Source of the DNA: an uncultured Verrucomicrobiae bacterium
GTDB lineage: Bacteria; Verrucomicrobiota; Verrucomicrobiia; Limisphaerales; Palsa-1400
Reading direction: 5' to 3'
Length of the DNA stretch: 64,000 nt
Assembly (NCBI GenBank): GCA_963702845.1
Contig: OY969763.1
Coordinates: 5,024,001-5,088,000, forward strand
The position numbers were made by a program, and so were the translations under genes. Positions within the stretch are counted from its first letter, which is position 1. The number at the start of each line of letters is the position of its first letter. Positions 49,852 through 60,369 of the stretch are shown here, piece by piece. The notes beneath the pieces were generated by a model, which saw nothing but the letters and a program-made list of their open reading frames with translations, had not been told where the DNA came from and did not search any database.

Positions 49852-50607
49852 ATGGCAGCAATCGGTCGTTTTCAAAAGGGTGACGAAGTTTTCTACGCTA
49901 AAGTGGTCGATGGCGAACTGTTTCGCCTCCAGGGTGATGTGTTCGGCTCGCCCTCGTTCGATAAAAAGCCGACGCCGTTCAAAGGCGTCAAGACGCTCAC
50001 GCCGGTTGCGCCTTCGAAGCTTGTCGCGGTCGGCTTGAACTACGCCGATCACGCGCGCGAGCAAAACAAGCCGCTGCCAAAAGAACCGCTCTTTTGGTTC
50101 AAAGCGCCGACCTCCTTAATGGCAGATGGCGGCAAGATCGAAATTCCGTTTCCGGATCATCGCACTGATTTCGAAGGCGAACTGGCGATCGTCATTGGAC
50201 GCCGGGCACGCAACGTCACGGCGGCGGCGGCGTCCCGTTACATTTTTGGTTACACCGCGTCGCAGGATATCAGCGATCGCACGATTCAAAATGCGGAAGG
50301 GCAGAACGCGCGCGCGAAATCGTTCGACACCTTCACGCCCCTTGGGCCCTACATCGAAACGAAGATCGACCCGCATGAGTTGACCATCCAGATGTTTCAA
50401 AATGGTCAGTTGCGCCAGAACTCGAACACCGACCAGCTCATCTTCGACACCTATAAACTAGTGAGTTTCATTTCGACGAACATGACGCTCCTGCCCGGCG
50501 ACGTCATCCTGACCGGCACGCCGAGTGGCGTGGGCCCGATTCAAAGCGGCGACCGGCTGGAAGTACGTATCCAAGGTTTGGCGCCGTTGCTAAACACAGT
50601 TAAATAA
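49852..50607 (+). CDS. Fumarylacetoacetate hydrolase family protein
   Basis: SKLVAVGLNYADH, DFEGELAIVIG, DISDR, AKSFDTF.PLGP, GDVILTGTPSGVG. Confidence 0.93.
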   Translation: MAAIGRFQKGDEVFYAKVVDGELFRLQGDVFGSPSFDKKPTPFKGVKTLTPVAPSKLVAVGLNYADHAREQNKPLPKEPLFWFKAPTSLMADGGKIEIPFPDHRTDFEGELAIVIGRRARNVTAAAASRYIFGYTASQDISDRTIQNAEGQNARAKSFDTFTPLGPYIETKIDPHELTIQMFQNGQLRQNSNTDQLIFDTYKLVSFISTNMTLLPGDVILTGTPSGVGPIQSGDRLEVRIQGLAPLLNTVK

Positions 50608-50660
50608 CGTTCAGCTTTTTCTTTGCGCTTCCCACGCTTTTTGCGGTTAGACTTCACTTT

Positions 50661-52376
50661 ATGCGTTGGACACAGGCTTTGATTCCTACTTTGAAAGAAA
50701 CGCCCGCTGAAGCGGAGATTCTTTCGCACAAATTGCTGCTACGTGCCGGACTGGTGCGCAAGTTGACCGGTGGACTTTACACGTTCCTGCCGCTCGGGCT
50801 GCGCGCGTTGCGCAAGGTCGAACAAATCGTGCGCGAGGAAATGGACCGTGCGGGTGCGCTCGAAGTGCTCATGCCCGCGCTGCAACCGCCGGAAATCTGG
50901 CAGCAAAGCGGCCGTTACGAAACCGCCCAGGCAGTGTTCTTCAAGGTGCGCGATCGCGCCAAGAAAGAATGGATTCTCGGGCCAACGCATGAGGAAGTCA
51001 TCACCACGCTGGTTGCGGGTGAACTGAGTTCCTATCGTCAGTTGCCGAAGAATTTTTACCAGATCCAAACAAAGTTTCGTGATGAAATCCGTCCGCGCTT
51101 CGGCCTGATGCGTGCGAAGGAATTCATCATGAAGGACGCTTACAGCTTCGACGCCACCGAAGACGGCGCGCAGGTCAGTTACAAGAAAATGTATGACGCT
51201 TATACGCGCATCTTCCAACGTTGCGGTTTGAAGGCAATGGCGGTGGAAGCGGACACCGGGGTGATGGGTGGAAAGTTTTCACATGAATTCATGGTGCCCG
51301 CGGAGACCGGGGAAAACGAAGTGGTTTACTGCGACGGTTGCAATTATGCGGCGAACATCGAAAAGGCAACCAGCCGCCACATGATGCACGCGGACACGGG
51401 CGAGAAGGAGTTACCGATTGAAAAGTTTGCCACGCCCGGAGCAGTCACCATCGAGGCATTGACGAAGCCTCCGTATGGCGTGGCGGCGCATCAACAGATT
51501 AAGACGCTCGTTTACGTCGCTCTGGACAAACCGGTTTTGATTTTGTTGCGCGGCGATCATCAGTTGAACGAAGCCAAACTCACTGGCACGCTCGGCACGG
51601 CCACGTTCCGTCCAGCGACGCCGGAGGAAATCGTCGACCTGCTCAAAGCTAAGCCGGGCAGTCTCGGGGCGGTGGGTGTGAAGGATGTTTCTGTTTACGC
51701 CGACGAAGTTTTGCGCGGCGCGAGCGCGATGACCACAGGCGCGAATGAAGATGGTTTCCACCTGCGCAATGTGGCGGTAGGACGCGACCTTCATCCGACG
51801 CACTGGGCTGACCTGCGCACGACGCAACTGGGTGAAGCGTGTTCGAATTGCGGCAAGCCTCTGAAAATTCAGCGCGCGATTGAAGTGGGGCACGTTTTCA
51901 AGCTCGGCACTAAATACAGCGAGGCTTTGAACGCGTTGTTTGTCGATGAAAACAGCCAGCAAAATCCCGCCATCATGGGTTGTTATGGCATCGGTGTGAC
52001 GCGCACGTTGCAAGCGGTCATCGAGCAGTGCAACGACAAGGACGGCATCGTTTGGCCGATCAGCGTTGCGCCTTACACGGTTTGCATCACGCCGCTCAGT
52101 GTGGCGAAAGACGGCGCGGTTATGCAATTGGCTGAAAAAATTTATAGCGAACTCACGTCGCGCGGGATTGACGTCATCATGGATGATCGCGATGAACGGC
52201 CTGGGATGAAGTTCAAAGATTCCGAATTGGTCGGTTTTCCCATCCGCATTGGTATCGGCGAGAAATCGCTGGCTAAAGGCGAAGTGGAAATTAAACCGCG
52301 CGCGGGAGCGATGCTTCCGACAAAGCCCGAGGAGGCTGTGGCGAAGGTACTTGAATTGATTAAGGCCCAGTCATGA
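50661..52376 (+). CDS. proS: Proline--tRNA ligase (bacterial type with editing insertion)
   Basis: LGPTHEE, KFRDEIRPRFGLMRAKEF.MKDAYSF, IEVGHVFKLG, MGCYGIG. Confidence 0.98.
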   Translation: MRWTQALIPTLKETPAEAEILSHKLLLRAGLVRKLTGGLYTFLPLGLRALRKVEQIVREEMDRAGALEVLMPALQPPEIWQQSGRYETAQAVFFKVRDRAKKEWILGPTHEEVITTLVAGELSSYRQLPKNFYQIQTKFRDEIRPRFGLMRAKEFIMKDAYSFDATEDGAQVSYKKMYDAYTRIFQRCGLKAMAVEADTGVMGGKFSHEFMVPAETGENEVVYCDGCNYAANIEKATSRHMMHADTGEKELPIEKFATPGAVTIEALTKPPYGVAAHQQIKTLVYVALDKPVLILLRGDHQLNEAKLTGTLGTATFRPATPEEIVDLLKAKPGSLGAVGVKDVSVYADEVLRGASAMTTGANEDGFHLRNVAVGRDLHPTHWADLRTTQLGEACSNCGKPLKIQRAIEVGHVFKLGTKYSEALNALFVDENSQQNPAIMGCYGIGVTRTLQAVIEQCNDKDGIVWPISVAPYTVCITPLSVAKDGAVMQLAEKIYSELTSRGIDVIMDDRDERPGMKFKDSELVGFPIRIGIGEKSLAKGEVEIKPRAGAMLPTKPEEAVAKVLELIKAQS

Positions 52377-52410
52377 ACCTCAGGTGCCGCCTAAACCTAT
52401 TTGCCCCGAG

Positions 52411-52545
52411 GTGCGTTTTAAAATATATTTGACCCGTCGGGAACAGATGGTGCTGCTGGTCATTGCAGCATTGCTGGTGCTCGGTTGGTTTGTGCGCCAT
52501 TATCAGCGCACGCACCCTCGCCCCTCGACGATGCGAATAAATTAA
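52411..52545 (+). CDS. 44-aa single-pass membrane microprotein (not in the ORF track)
   Basis: GTG..TAA gives MRFKIYLTRREQMVLLVIAALLVLGWFVRHYQRTHPRPSTMRIN; the stop abuts the next ATG. Confidence 0.65.
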   Translation: MRFKIYLTRREQMVLLVIAALLVLGWFVRHYQRTHPRPSTMRIN

Positions 52546-52974
52546 ATGCAACCCGTAGAATTCGAGCAAGTCATTAGGACAATCGTGGAACGCGACGCGC
52601 GTTTCAAACGCGAGGCTTATTTTTTCATTCGCGAAGCGCTCGAATATACCCAAAAAATGTTAGGCCGGCCCACCGCTGACGAAATCCGGCACGTGACCGG
52701 ACGCGATTTACTGGATGGCATCCGCCATTATGCGCTTGAGCAATACGGGCCCATGGTGCCGACGGTCCTTGGTGAATGGGGCATTCACAAGTGCGAAGAT
52801 GTGGGCGAAATTGTGTTCAACATGGTCGAAGCGAATTTGCTCGCGAAAACCGACACCGATTCGCGCGAAGATTTCAAAGGCGTCTACGATTTTGACGAGA
52901 CTTTTGCAAAGCCGTTCCGTCCGGCCAGACGAACGGCCGCTGCAACGTCCTTCCCCGAACTAAAAACAAAGTGA
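52546..52974 (+). CDS. Minf_1886 family (PVC-associated) protein
   Basis: D.R...EAYFF.REAL, RHVTG..LL.G.R.YA..QYGPM, WGI...D.GEIVFN. Confidence 0.85.
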   Translation: MQPVEFEQVIRTIVERDARFKREAYFFIREALEYTQKMLGRPTADEIRHVTGRDLLDGIRHYALEQYGPMVPTVLGEWGIHKCEDVGEIVFNMVEANLLAKTDTDSREDFKGVYDFDETFAKPFRPARRTAAATSFPELKTK

Positions 52975-55511
52975 ACGAAATTCCCGCCGTCCCGCCGAAT
53001 GTGCGCATGGTCACGCTGGAAAACGGCTTGGTGATCATTGTGCGCGAAGACCATAGTGCGCCCGTCGTTTCGGTTCAGGCGTGGTGCCAGACCGGCAGCA
53101 TTCATGAAGATAAATGGCTTGGGGCCGGTCTATCGCATGTGCTCGAACACATGCTTTTCAAAGGCACGACTAACCGGCCCGGCAGCCGCATCGACCAGGA
53201 AGTGCAGGAAGCCGGCGGTTACATGAACGCTTACACGTCGTTCGATCGCACGGTTTATCACATCAACGTCCCGAACACCGGCGCGAAAGTCGCAATCGAT
53301 ATTCTTTGCGACATCATGCAGCACGCCACGTTGCCGGCGGATGAATTGGCGAAGGAACTCGACGTCATCCGGCGCGAAATGGATATGAACCAGGACGACC
53401 CGGGCCGGCGCGCGGGCCGGCGTTTGTTCGAATGTGCGTTCATGCGCAGCCCATATCGGTTCACCATTATTGGCTATCCCGAAATTTTCAACGAACTCAA
53501 ACCCGAGAACATCATCGGCTATTACCGCGACCGCTACATTCCGAACAACATGTTTTTTGTGGTGACCGGCGATATCAAAACCGAGGAGGCGATCGCGCAA
53601 ATCACCTGTGCGTTCAAAGGCAGCAAAGCGCGACCGATGGCGCCGCTGCTGTTGCCGCCGGAACCGAAACAAACCGGCGGACGCGAGATCATTGAAGAAG
53701 CGCCCATTGAGCTCGGGCACTTGCACGTGAGTTGGCACACGCCAGATCTGCGGCACCCCGATATGCCGGTGTTGGATATTTTGGCGGCATTGCTCGGCAG
53801 CGGGCGCAGTGCGCGGTTGTATCGCGAAGTGCGTGAGAAAAAAGGTTTGGTCACTTCGATTGATGCGTGGACTTACAATCCCGGCGAGATCGGATTGTTC
53901 GGCGCGAGTGCGGTTGTTGACGCGAAGAACTTCACGGCGGCGCGCGATGCGTTGTTCGCCGAAATCGAGCGCATCAAGAACGAACCAGTGCCCGCCGAAG
54001 AATTGGCGAAGGTAGTAAAACAATTCGTCGCTTCCACTCTCGGCGACCCGCAAGACCATGCACGGACAGGCGCAGGAACTGGGCGCAAATTGGATTGGCA
54101 CGAACGATCTGAATTTTTCCGAACGTTATATGGCGGCGATCAAAGCCGTTTCAGCCGATGACCTGCAGCGCGTCGCGCGAAAATATTTCACGAGCCAGAA
54201 CCGCACAGTTTATGCTCTCTTGCCGCAAAGGCGCCGCACCTCAGGCTCAGCAGGCAGACCAGGTCGTTCAAAGAGAACCCGATCCAAAAGATCACGTTGC
54301 CAAACGGCCTGCGTTTGCTGGTGAAGGAGGATCATCGGCTCCCGTTCGTCGAAATTCGCGCGGCATTCCAAGGCGGCGTGCTCGCCGAAACTGAAACGAA
54401 CAACGGCGTCTGCCAGCTCATGTCGAAGATGTTGATGCAAGGCACGGCGCGTCGTTCAGCGGAACAGATTGCTATCGAGATTGAATCGGTCGGCGGCAGC
54501 ATCGACTCGTTCGGCGGCAATAACAGCTTCGGCGTTTCCGTTGAAGTGCTCAGCAGCGATTTTGATACCGGCATGGATGTGTTCGCTGACGTCATGTTGC
54601 GCCCGTCGTTTCCGGGTGATCCATTCGAAGTCGAGCGCCGCGTCCAACTGGAAAGTATTCGCGAGCAGCGCGATCATCTGCTCCACAGTTGCAGCCGCGC
54701 CATGCGCCGCGCCTTGTTTGGTACGACGACGTATGGCCTGGACTCCAGCGGCACCGAAACGAGCGTCGCCGCGCTGAACACGAAAGACCTCCAGGAATTT
54801 CACAAACGATTTGCCGTTCCGAACAATTGCGTGCTCGCCATTTTCGGCGACATCACTGTCGACCACGTTAAAGACGCCGTTACCAAAACGTTTGGTGACT
54901 GGAAGAAGAACGACTCGTTGCCTACCGAAATCCCCAGATCGGCGCCATTGAAAGAATTCCGTCGCGTCGCCGAAACGCGCGATAAAAAACAAGCTGTGCT
55001 TGTGATGGGTTTCTCGGGCGTTAGTGTCAAAGACTCGGAGCGCTACGCGCTCGAGCTCGTGCAGGAAGCCTGCAGTGATTTAGGTTCGCGCCTGTTCCTG
55101 CGCATTCGTGAAGAACTCGGCCTCGCCTACTATTGCGGCGCACAAAATTTCCTTGGAGTCGCCCCGGGCTACTTCGCGTTCTACGTCGGCACCGCGCCGG
55201 ACCAAGTCAAACTCGTCGAAGAAGAGTTGCTGAAAGAAGCCGCGCTCCTTCGCGAAAAAGGCCTGAACGCTGAAGAGCTCGCTCGTGCCAAAGCCAAACT
55301 CATTGGCCAAAAGAAAATCGCCCGTCAGGATCTCGGCGGTTTAGCCCAAACCGTGGCATTAGACGAACTCTACGGATTGGGCTACGAAAATAACGACACC
55401 GAAGATTCCAAATACGAATCAATCACCATCGAGCAAACGAAGCAAGTCGCGCAGAAGTATTTGAAAGCCGATGTGCTGGTGGTGTCAATCGTTGCGCCGG
55501 AGAAGGCGTAG
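52971..55511 (+). CDS. M16 (pitrilysin/insulinase) zinc peptidase; three apparent +1 insertions as assembled
   Basis: HVLEHMLFKG, NAYTSFDRT; halves join through short frames at about 54042, 54226 and 54269; second half TLPNGLR..SRLF..IREELGLAY. Confidence 0.88.
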
Positions 55512-55528
55512 TCGCACGTCGAAAGCGC

Positions 55529-56005
55529 CTACTGCGGCCCAACCACTCGATCCCGTCGCCAGTTCAACTTGTCCAATGGCGGTGGCACTGGCACTTTAAC
55601 CGACAACATGTAGTGACAGTTTTTGCAGTAAAACTCTTTGTCAATGATGTGGAAAAAACAAAGGATTTCGACGAACACCGGCAACACAAATTTACGACTG
55701 AACTGCGGATATTCGATGTCGGGAGACTTGCATTGCGGACAACACATCTCGTGGCGAAGGAGGTGCGATTGCGGATCGGTGTCCTGAAGAAATTTTCGGG
55801 CGCGTTCGTAGTCGCGCAACGGCACCTCGACCTTTTCATTTGCGAACGGCCGGGACATGTAGAAAAATCTTTGAACCTTGGTTTCATCGGCGACCTGCGC
55901 TTCGAAGCCCTCTTGCATCAATCGTTTTGCCACAGCCTCGGCATCGTCGCGTTCGTTGAAGGTAGCCACCACGGCGGTCCTGCCTATTACCGTTTTCCCT
56001 GCCAT
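55529..56005 (-). CDS. DUF2007-like protein with CxxC..CxxC zinc ribbon
   Basis: VATF....A.....L..EG...VADE; CPQCKS..CKNCH. Confidence 0.65.
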   Translation of the reverse strand: MAGKTVIGRTAVVATFNERDDAEAVAKRLMQEGFEAQVADETKVQRFFYMSRPFANEKVEVPLRDYERARKFLQDTDPQSHLLRHEMCCPQCKSPDIEYPQFSRKFVLPVFVEILCFFHIIDKEFYCKNCHYMLSVKVPVPPPLDKLNWRRDRVVGPQ

Positions 56006-56057
56006 ACAGGAATCTAATCCATGTTCAGCAAAAGCTCAACTGAGGGGTGACTATAAG

Positions 56058-57293
56058 TTAACCTTTGAAATTCTTCCCGACGTATTCCGCAATCTCCCCA
56101 CCAATCGCCAACGAAGCGGTCGCTCCGGGGCTCGGCGCATTAAGCACGTGCAATGCACGCGGGCGTTCGACTAAACAAAAGTCCTGCAGCAATTCGCCTT
56201 GGGGCGACATCGCTTGCGCACGAACACCGGCACCACCGGGCGCGAGATCGGACGCTTTGATTTCAGGGACGAGGCGTTGCAACGCCGCGGCAAACAGATC
56301 TTTGCTGAACGAACGCTGGATTTCGTGCCAGCTCATGCGCTTGTGTTTGCCCATGAACCGCCAGAGACCCGAGAAAGACACCGCGTCCCATAAATCGGTA
56401 AGATTGATTTTACGCCAGGTATAACCTTCACGCGACAACGCCAGGACGGCGTTTGGCCCCGCTTCAACACCGCCTTCGATGAGGCGCGTAAAATGCACAC
56501 CAAGAAACGGAAACTGCGGATCGGGCACAGGATAAATCAAATTGCGCACCAGGCTCTGGCGCTCGGGCCGAATCTTGTAATACTCACCGCGGAACGGAAT
56601 GATGCGCACGTCGCGCTTTTCGCCAGCCAACTCAGCAACGCGATCGCAATGCAGCCCTCCGCAGTTAACAATGTAATCAGCTTCCCAGGTGTTACTGATG
56701 ATCGGCGGGGAATTGGGGTTTTCCGTTTCAACCAGCCAACCGTTCGACTTCGCCTCAAGCCGAACGACTTTCGCGCGCGTGACGACCTGACCGCCACCGG
56801 CAGTGATTTTTTTTAACATCGCATGCGCGACTTCAACGTAATCAACGATGCCTTCCTGCGGCACATGAACCGCTTCAATGCCAGCCACGTGCGGTTCGAT
56901 CTCCAGCATCTGTCCACGGTTGAGCTTGCGCATACCTTGCAAGCCGTTTTGCGTGCCGCGTTCGTACAATTTGTGCAGTCGCTCGCGCTCGGTCTCATCG
57001 ACGGCCACGACCAACTTGCCGCAAATCTCGTGTCGGATGTTGTTCTCCTGGCAAAACGCCACCATCTCGCGAATACCGGAAACGGCGAGGCGCGCCTTGA
57101 TTGAGCCGGGTTTGTAATAAAGCCCCGCGTGCAACACGCCGCTGTTATTGCCGGATTGATGACGTGCAACGTCCGGTTCCTTTTCGAGCACGACGATTTC
57201 GACGTCAGGAAACTTCTTGCCGAGTTTGATCGCGGTGCCCAACCCAACGATCCCGCCGCCTATGATGATGATTCGTTTCTTAGCCAATCCCAT
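56058..57293 (-). CDS. lhgO: L-2-hydroxyglutarate oxidase
   Basis: IGGGIVG, HQSGNNSGVLHAGLYY, PDPQFPFLGVHFT, GVRAQ, NAPSPGATASL. Confidence 0.93.
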   Translation of the reverse strand: MGLAKKRIIIIGGGIVGLGTAIKLGKKFPDVEIVVLEKEPDVARHQSGNNSGVLHAGLYYKPGSIKARLAVSGIREMVAFCQENNIRHEICGKLVVAVDETERERLHKLYERGTQNGLQGMRKLNRGQMLEIEPHVAGIEAVHVPQEGIVDYVEVAHAMLKKITAGGGQVVTRAKVVRLEAKSNGWLVETENPNSPPIISNTWEADYIVNCGGLHCDRVAELAGEKRDVRIIPFRGEYYKIRPERQSLVRNLIYPVPDPQFPFLGVHFTRLIEGGVEAGPNAVLALSREGYTWRKINLTDLWDAVSFSGLWRFMGKHKRMSWHEIQRSFSKDLFAAALQRLVPEIKASDLAPGGAGVRAQAMSPQGELLQDFCLVERPRALHVLNAPSPGATASLAIGGEIAEYVGKNFKG

Positions 57294-57388
57294 ACAAAGT
57301 GGGAACATTCGCCGGTCAGGTCAAGAATGGGTCTTTCTTTGGTCGACCGCACTGTTTCCATCCCGTCATCATTTTGTTAAACAAAACC

Positions 57389-57841
57389 ATGCGCGCAGTC
57401 ATTCAACGGGTCAGCCAGGCCAATGTCGTCATTGAAGGAAACACCAAAGGTGCTACCCAACACGGCTTACTAGTTCTTGTTGCCATGGAAGACAGTGACA
57501 CCGCCCAAGACATCGAGTGGCTCAGCGGCAAGATCGTTCGCCTGCGTATCTTCAATGATGACGCGGGACTGATGAATCGCTCGGTGCAAGATATCGGCGG
57601 TGACATTCTCGTCATCAGCCAATTCACCCTTTTCGCCAGCACAAAAAAAGGCAATCGTCCGTCGTTCAGTCGGTCGGCCCGACCGGAGATTGCGATTCCA
57701 CTTTACGAACAATTCGTTCGTAAGATTTCGGAAGACCTCGGTAAACCGGTGCAGACCGGAGAATTTGGCGCGGATATGAAAGTGAGTCTGACGAATAATG
57801 GGCCGGTGACTATTGTCATTGATTCGAAAAATCCCGAGTAG
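57389..57841 (+). CDS. dtd: D-aminoacyl-tRNA deacylase
   Basis: MRAVIQRV, SQFTL, GNRPSF, NNGPVT. Confidence 0.96.
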   Translation: MRAVIQRVSQANVVIEGNTKGATQHGLLVLVAMEDSDTAQDIEWLSGKIVRLRIFNDDAGLMNRSVQDIGGDILVISQFTLFASTKKGNRPSFSRSARPEIAIPLYEQFVRKISEDLGKPVQTGEFGADMKVSLTNNGPVTIVIDSKNPE

Positions 57842-58134
57842 ATTATGGCGGAACGCTTGTGAAAAGCGAGCCGTACGTACACGAGAATGATAACGGAGCC
57901 GACGACAATTACAAATACGGCGAGACTGATGCGGGCGCAGATAATTCCCCATTTCAAGTAACTGCGTGCCGGGTTCCACATTCCGTTGGGGTCGCGTTTC
58001 ACACGCCAATATTGCTGCAAAGCCCTGATCGCGAGTGGGAGGCCGAGCACAGGGATAAGTCCAATCACTCCGCAATAAAAACAACTGAGCGAGCGCTCGA
58101 TCAGCAGGACTTTGGCTGGCTTGTCGGTGTTCAT
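57703..58134 (-). CDS. Small membrane protein (DUF4190-like), last gene of the pilin operon; 3' end uncertain
   Basis: Two hydrophobic segments; 4-nt coupling to the upstream gene; overlaps dtd antisense by 139 bp. Confidence 0.55.
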   Translation of the reverse strand: MNTDKPAKVLLIERSLSCFYCGVIGLIPVLGLPLAIRALQQYWRVKRDPNGMWNPARSYLKWGIICARISLAVFVIVVGSVIILVYVRLAFHKRSAIIYSGFFESMTIVTGPLFVRLTFISAPNSPVCTGLPRSSEILRTNCS

Positions 58135-58349
58135 TGCGGCGGAGTCACTGTTGTGGATTGAGCGCGCACGGTAGCAAGACGGTTCGTTTGTTGCTTATCG
58201 AGTGCGTCGAGTTCCCGGGACAGGCGCGTCAAAGTTTTACTGTTCACCGTGAACAGCACGAACATGATCGCGAGCATCGTTAAAATAGCGATGAGCGCCG
58301 AAGCCCGACGTTTGCGTGTTTGTGGAATGGTTGCAAACGATGTTTTCAT
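58131..58349 (-). CDS. Very short PilX/GspK-like minor pilin
   Basis: Basic leader RKRRAS, then hydrophobic ALIAILTMLAIMF lacking Glu5. Confidence 0.6.
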   Translation of the reverse strand: MKTSFATIPQTRKRRASALIAILTMLAIMFVLFTVNSKTLTRLSRELDALDKQQTNRLATVRAQSTTVTPPQ

Positions 58350-58837
58350 TGTTTTCCCTCGTGTGCAGCAACTGCTTCGAATGTGAACAGCGGACGAAAC
58401 TGCAGGTCCTTCCGGTTATGTTGCAGCTCCACTTCCCACCGCCATCCGCTGACTTGTGTTCGACGGTCTGACTGCATTTGAGAGAACGCTACGCGCGCGA
58501 GGGTTCGCGGTTGTTGGCCTGACGCTTTTCTCGAGACCATTCCATTAGCGAACGCGTAAACGATTTCTCCTCGTGCACTTGGGATATGCAGTTCATGACC
58601 ATCGCGGGAAGTGATCAGGCCGGTCGCCGACCGAATATCTGTCCGCCATAGTTCACCAGCGTTGATCGTGCGCGTGATGTCGTCCGCGTTACGGCGCACG
58701 GCGATGTTGTTTGACCATGCGCGATAAAGCAAAGAGCCGCCAACGCCGAGAACCAAAACCAACACAGCGATATAAGCAATCGCTTCGATAAGCATGATGC
58801 CGCGAGAACTCGCGCGGAGTTGCAAGCGCGTTTTCAT
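58346..58837 (-). CDS. Prepilin-type (GspJ/PilW-like) protein
   Basis: SRG|IMLIEAIAYIAVL class III signal; start ATG 58837. Confidence 0.8.
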   Translation of the reverse strand: MKTRLQLRASSRGIMLIEAIAYIAVLVLVLGVGGSLLYRAWSNNIAVRRNADDITRTINAGELWRTDIRSATGLITSRDGHELHIPSARGEIVYAFANGMVSRKASGQQPRTLARVAFSQMQSDRRTQVSGWRWEVELQHNRKDLQFRPLFTFEAVAAHEGKQ

Positions 58838-59214
58838 TTGAGCTTCACCTCGCGCGCCAGTGTCCCTATTCCCATTTTGTTCGCTGGTCGCCACTCCAGG
58901 CGCAGGACGTTTGCGGTTCGCGAAATTCGGAAGTCGCCCGGCGGCAAATTGGTTGCGGCATTCGCGTGAACCGCGTAGTCGTGAGTCCCCTCGGGCACCT
59001 GCTGCCATTCTCCAGCAGCCAACAGCTCGATTTCGCCATCGAGAACTTCCCGTGCAATGGCCTTTTGATAAGTCGTGCGAAGTTGGCGTGCATCACTATT
59101 CGCGGAAAAGGCCAACGGCAACATCGCGATCACCAGAACACCCATCGCGACGATCATTTCAGCAATCAAGGCGCCGCGTTGTTGAGCTTTGGAAGACCGA
59201 TTCGTGATCACCAT
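58834..59214 (-). CDS. Prepilin-type (GspI/PilV-like) protein
   Basis: QRG|ALIAEMIVAMGVL class III signal. Confidence 0.8.
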   Translation of the reverse strand: MVITNRSSKAQQRGALIAEMIVAMGVLVIAMLPLAFSANSDARQLRTTYQKAIAREVLDGEIELLAAGEWQQVPEGTHDYAVHANAATNLPPGDFRISRTANVLRLEWRPANKMGIGTLAREVKLK

Positions 59215-60359
59215 AAGACCCCCGCGTTAATGATAGAAATCAGGACGCCAAAAACTGCGAAGACAATCACGCCTACCACCGCGCCGTTCCATATCACAAA
59301 TCCCGAAGTAATCGTGTGCGCAGCCGCTTGTTCCTGTTGAAATGCTTTGGCGTCCAGCCACGCGTTCCAACCAGCAAGTGCTTCGACGAAACCGCTGTGT
59401 TGATGAATCGCGTTCCTCAATCGCCAGCCGAATTCGCCCGAGACATCCATCGCTTGAATCGCTTCGGGAAGCGCAACGCCGCGTTTTAGTGCGTCTGCGA
59501 CGGACGCGGCACGGTATTGAAAAATCCGGTTCGCTGTGCAATCGGCGGCAATCACGACCGCGTCCGGTTCAGGAACTCCGGAGTCCAGCAACACGGCGAG
59601 AACCGTTGAGAAATCACGTTCCATGCGCTTGCGGCGCCATGGCAGCCGAAAATAGGCCGAGTGAAGAACGGGAAACCATGAAGCGAGCCGCGGGCCGCCG
59701 GCATAGATGAATGCGCCACACCAAATCAGCGCCAGAACAAACAACTGCAGAAGTAGTAATTGAAAACCATTTTCCAAGAGAAGGTTCGAGACAGTTCCGG
59801 GATGCGCTACCCCCACTATGTTCCCGTGCGCTATTTCTCGGAATTTCGGAAAAATGAAAACATTCAACGCCCACAGCACCCAGATGCTGGCGGGCGTGAC
59901 GACAAACGTCATGACCACGAGATAATTCATCGCACTGCGCGTTTGCGACACGGCGTCACGCAGCAATTGACGGCACGCAGGCAGGACCTTTGCGAAATCC
60001 CCGATTTTGCGGCCGGCATGTAGCATCGCGATGATTTGCGGCGGGAGAAAACGCGGCACTTTTGTGAGTGCGTCGAGGAGTGGCACGTTTTGCTCTATCC
60101 ACGCCGCCAAAATATGGAACCGCACGCCAACCGATAAATCGCGACTCGCAGCCACCGACAGGATGGTCTGCTCCGCCGTCCGCCCCTGTTGCAAACCATC
60201 GCTAATGAGATCAAGAAATAACCGTGCGCGTTCGGCCCGCCGCATTGGCAGCGTGAGAAAAAAATGAGCGAGAGCGACGAGCGCGAAACAGACCGCGAAC
60301 CAGAGCACAGTCAGGAACAACGCGACAATTAAGCGAATGATGAATTCATCGAGGTCCAT
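59208..60359 (-). CDS. GspF/PilC family platform protein (copy 2)
   Basis: LAVLLDSGVP, G..L..AL, C-terminal TM segment. Confidence 0.8.
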   Translation of the reverse strand: MDLDEFIIRLIVALFLTVLWFAVCFALVALAHFFLTLPMRRAERARLFLDLISDGLQQGRTAEQTILSVAASRDLSVGVRFHILAAWIEQNVPLLDALTKVPRFLPPQIIAMLHAGRKIGDFAKVLPACRQLLRDAVSQTRSAMNYLVVMTFVVTPASIWVLWALNVFIFPKFREIAHGNIVGVAHPGTVSNLLLENGFQLLLLQLFVLALIWCGAFIYAGGPRLASWFPVLHSAYFRLPWRRKRMERDFSTVLAVLLDSGVPEPDAVVIAADCTANRIFQYRAASVADALKRGVALPEAIQAMDVSGEFGWRLRNAIHQHSGFVEALAGWNAWLDAKAFQQEQAAAHTITSGFVIWNGAVVGVIVFAVFGVLISIINAGVLW

Positions 60360-60369
60360 ACGCGCGAAG

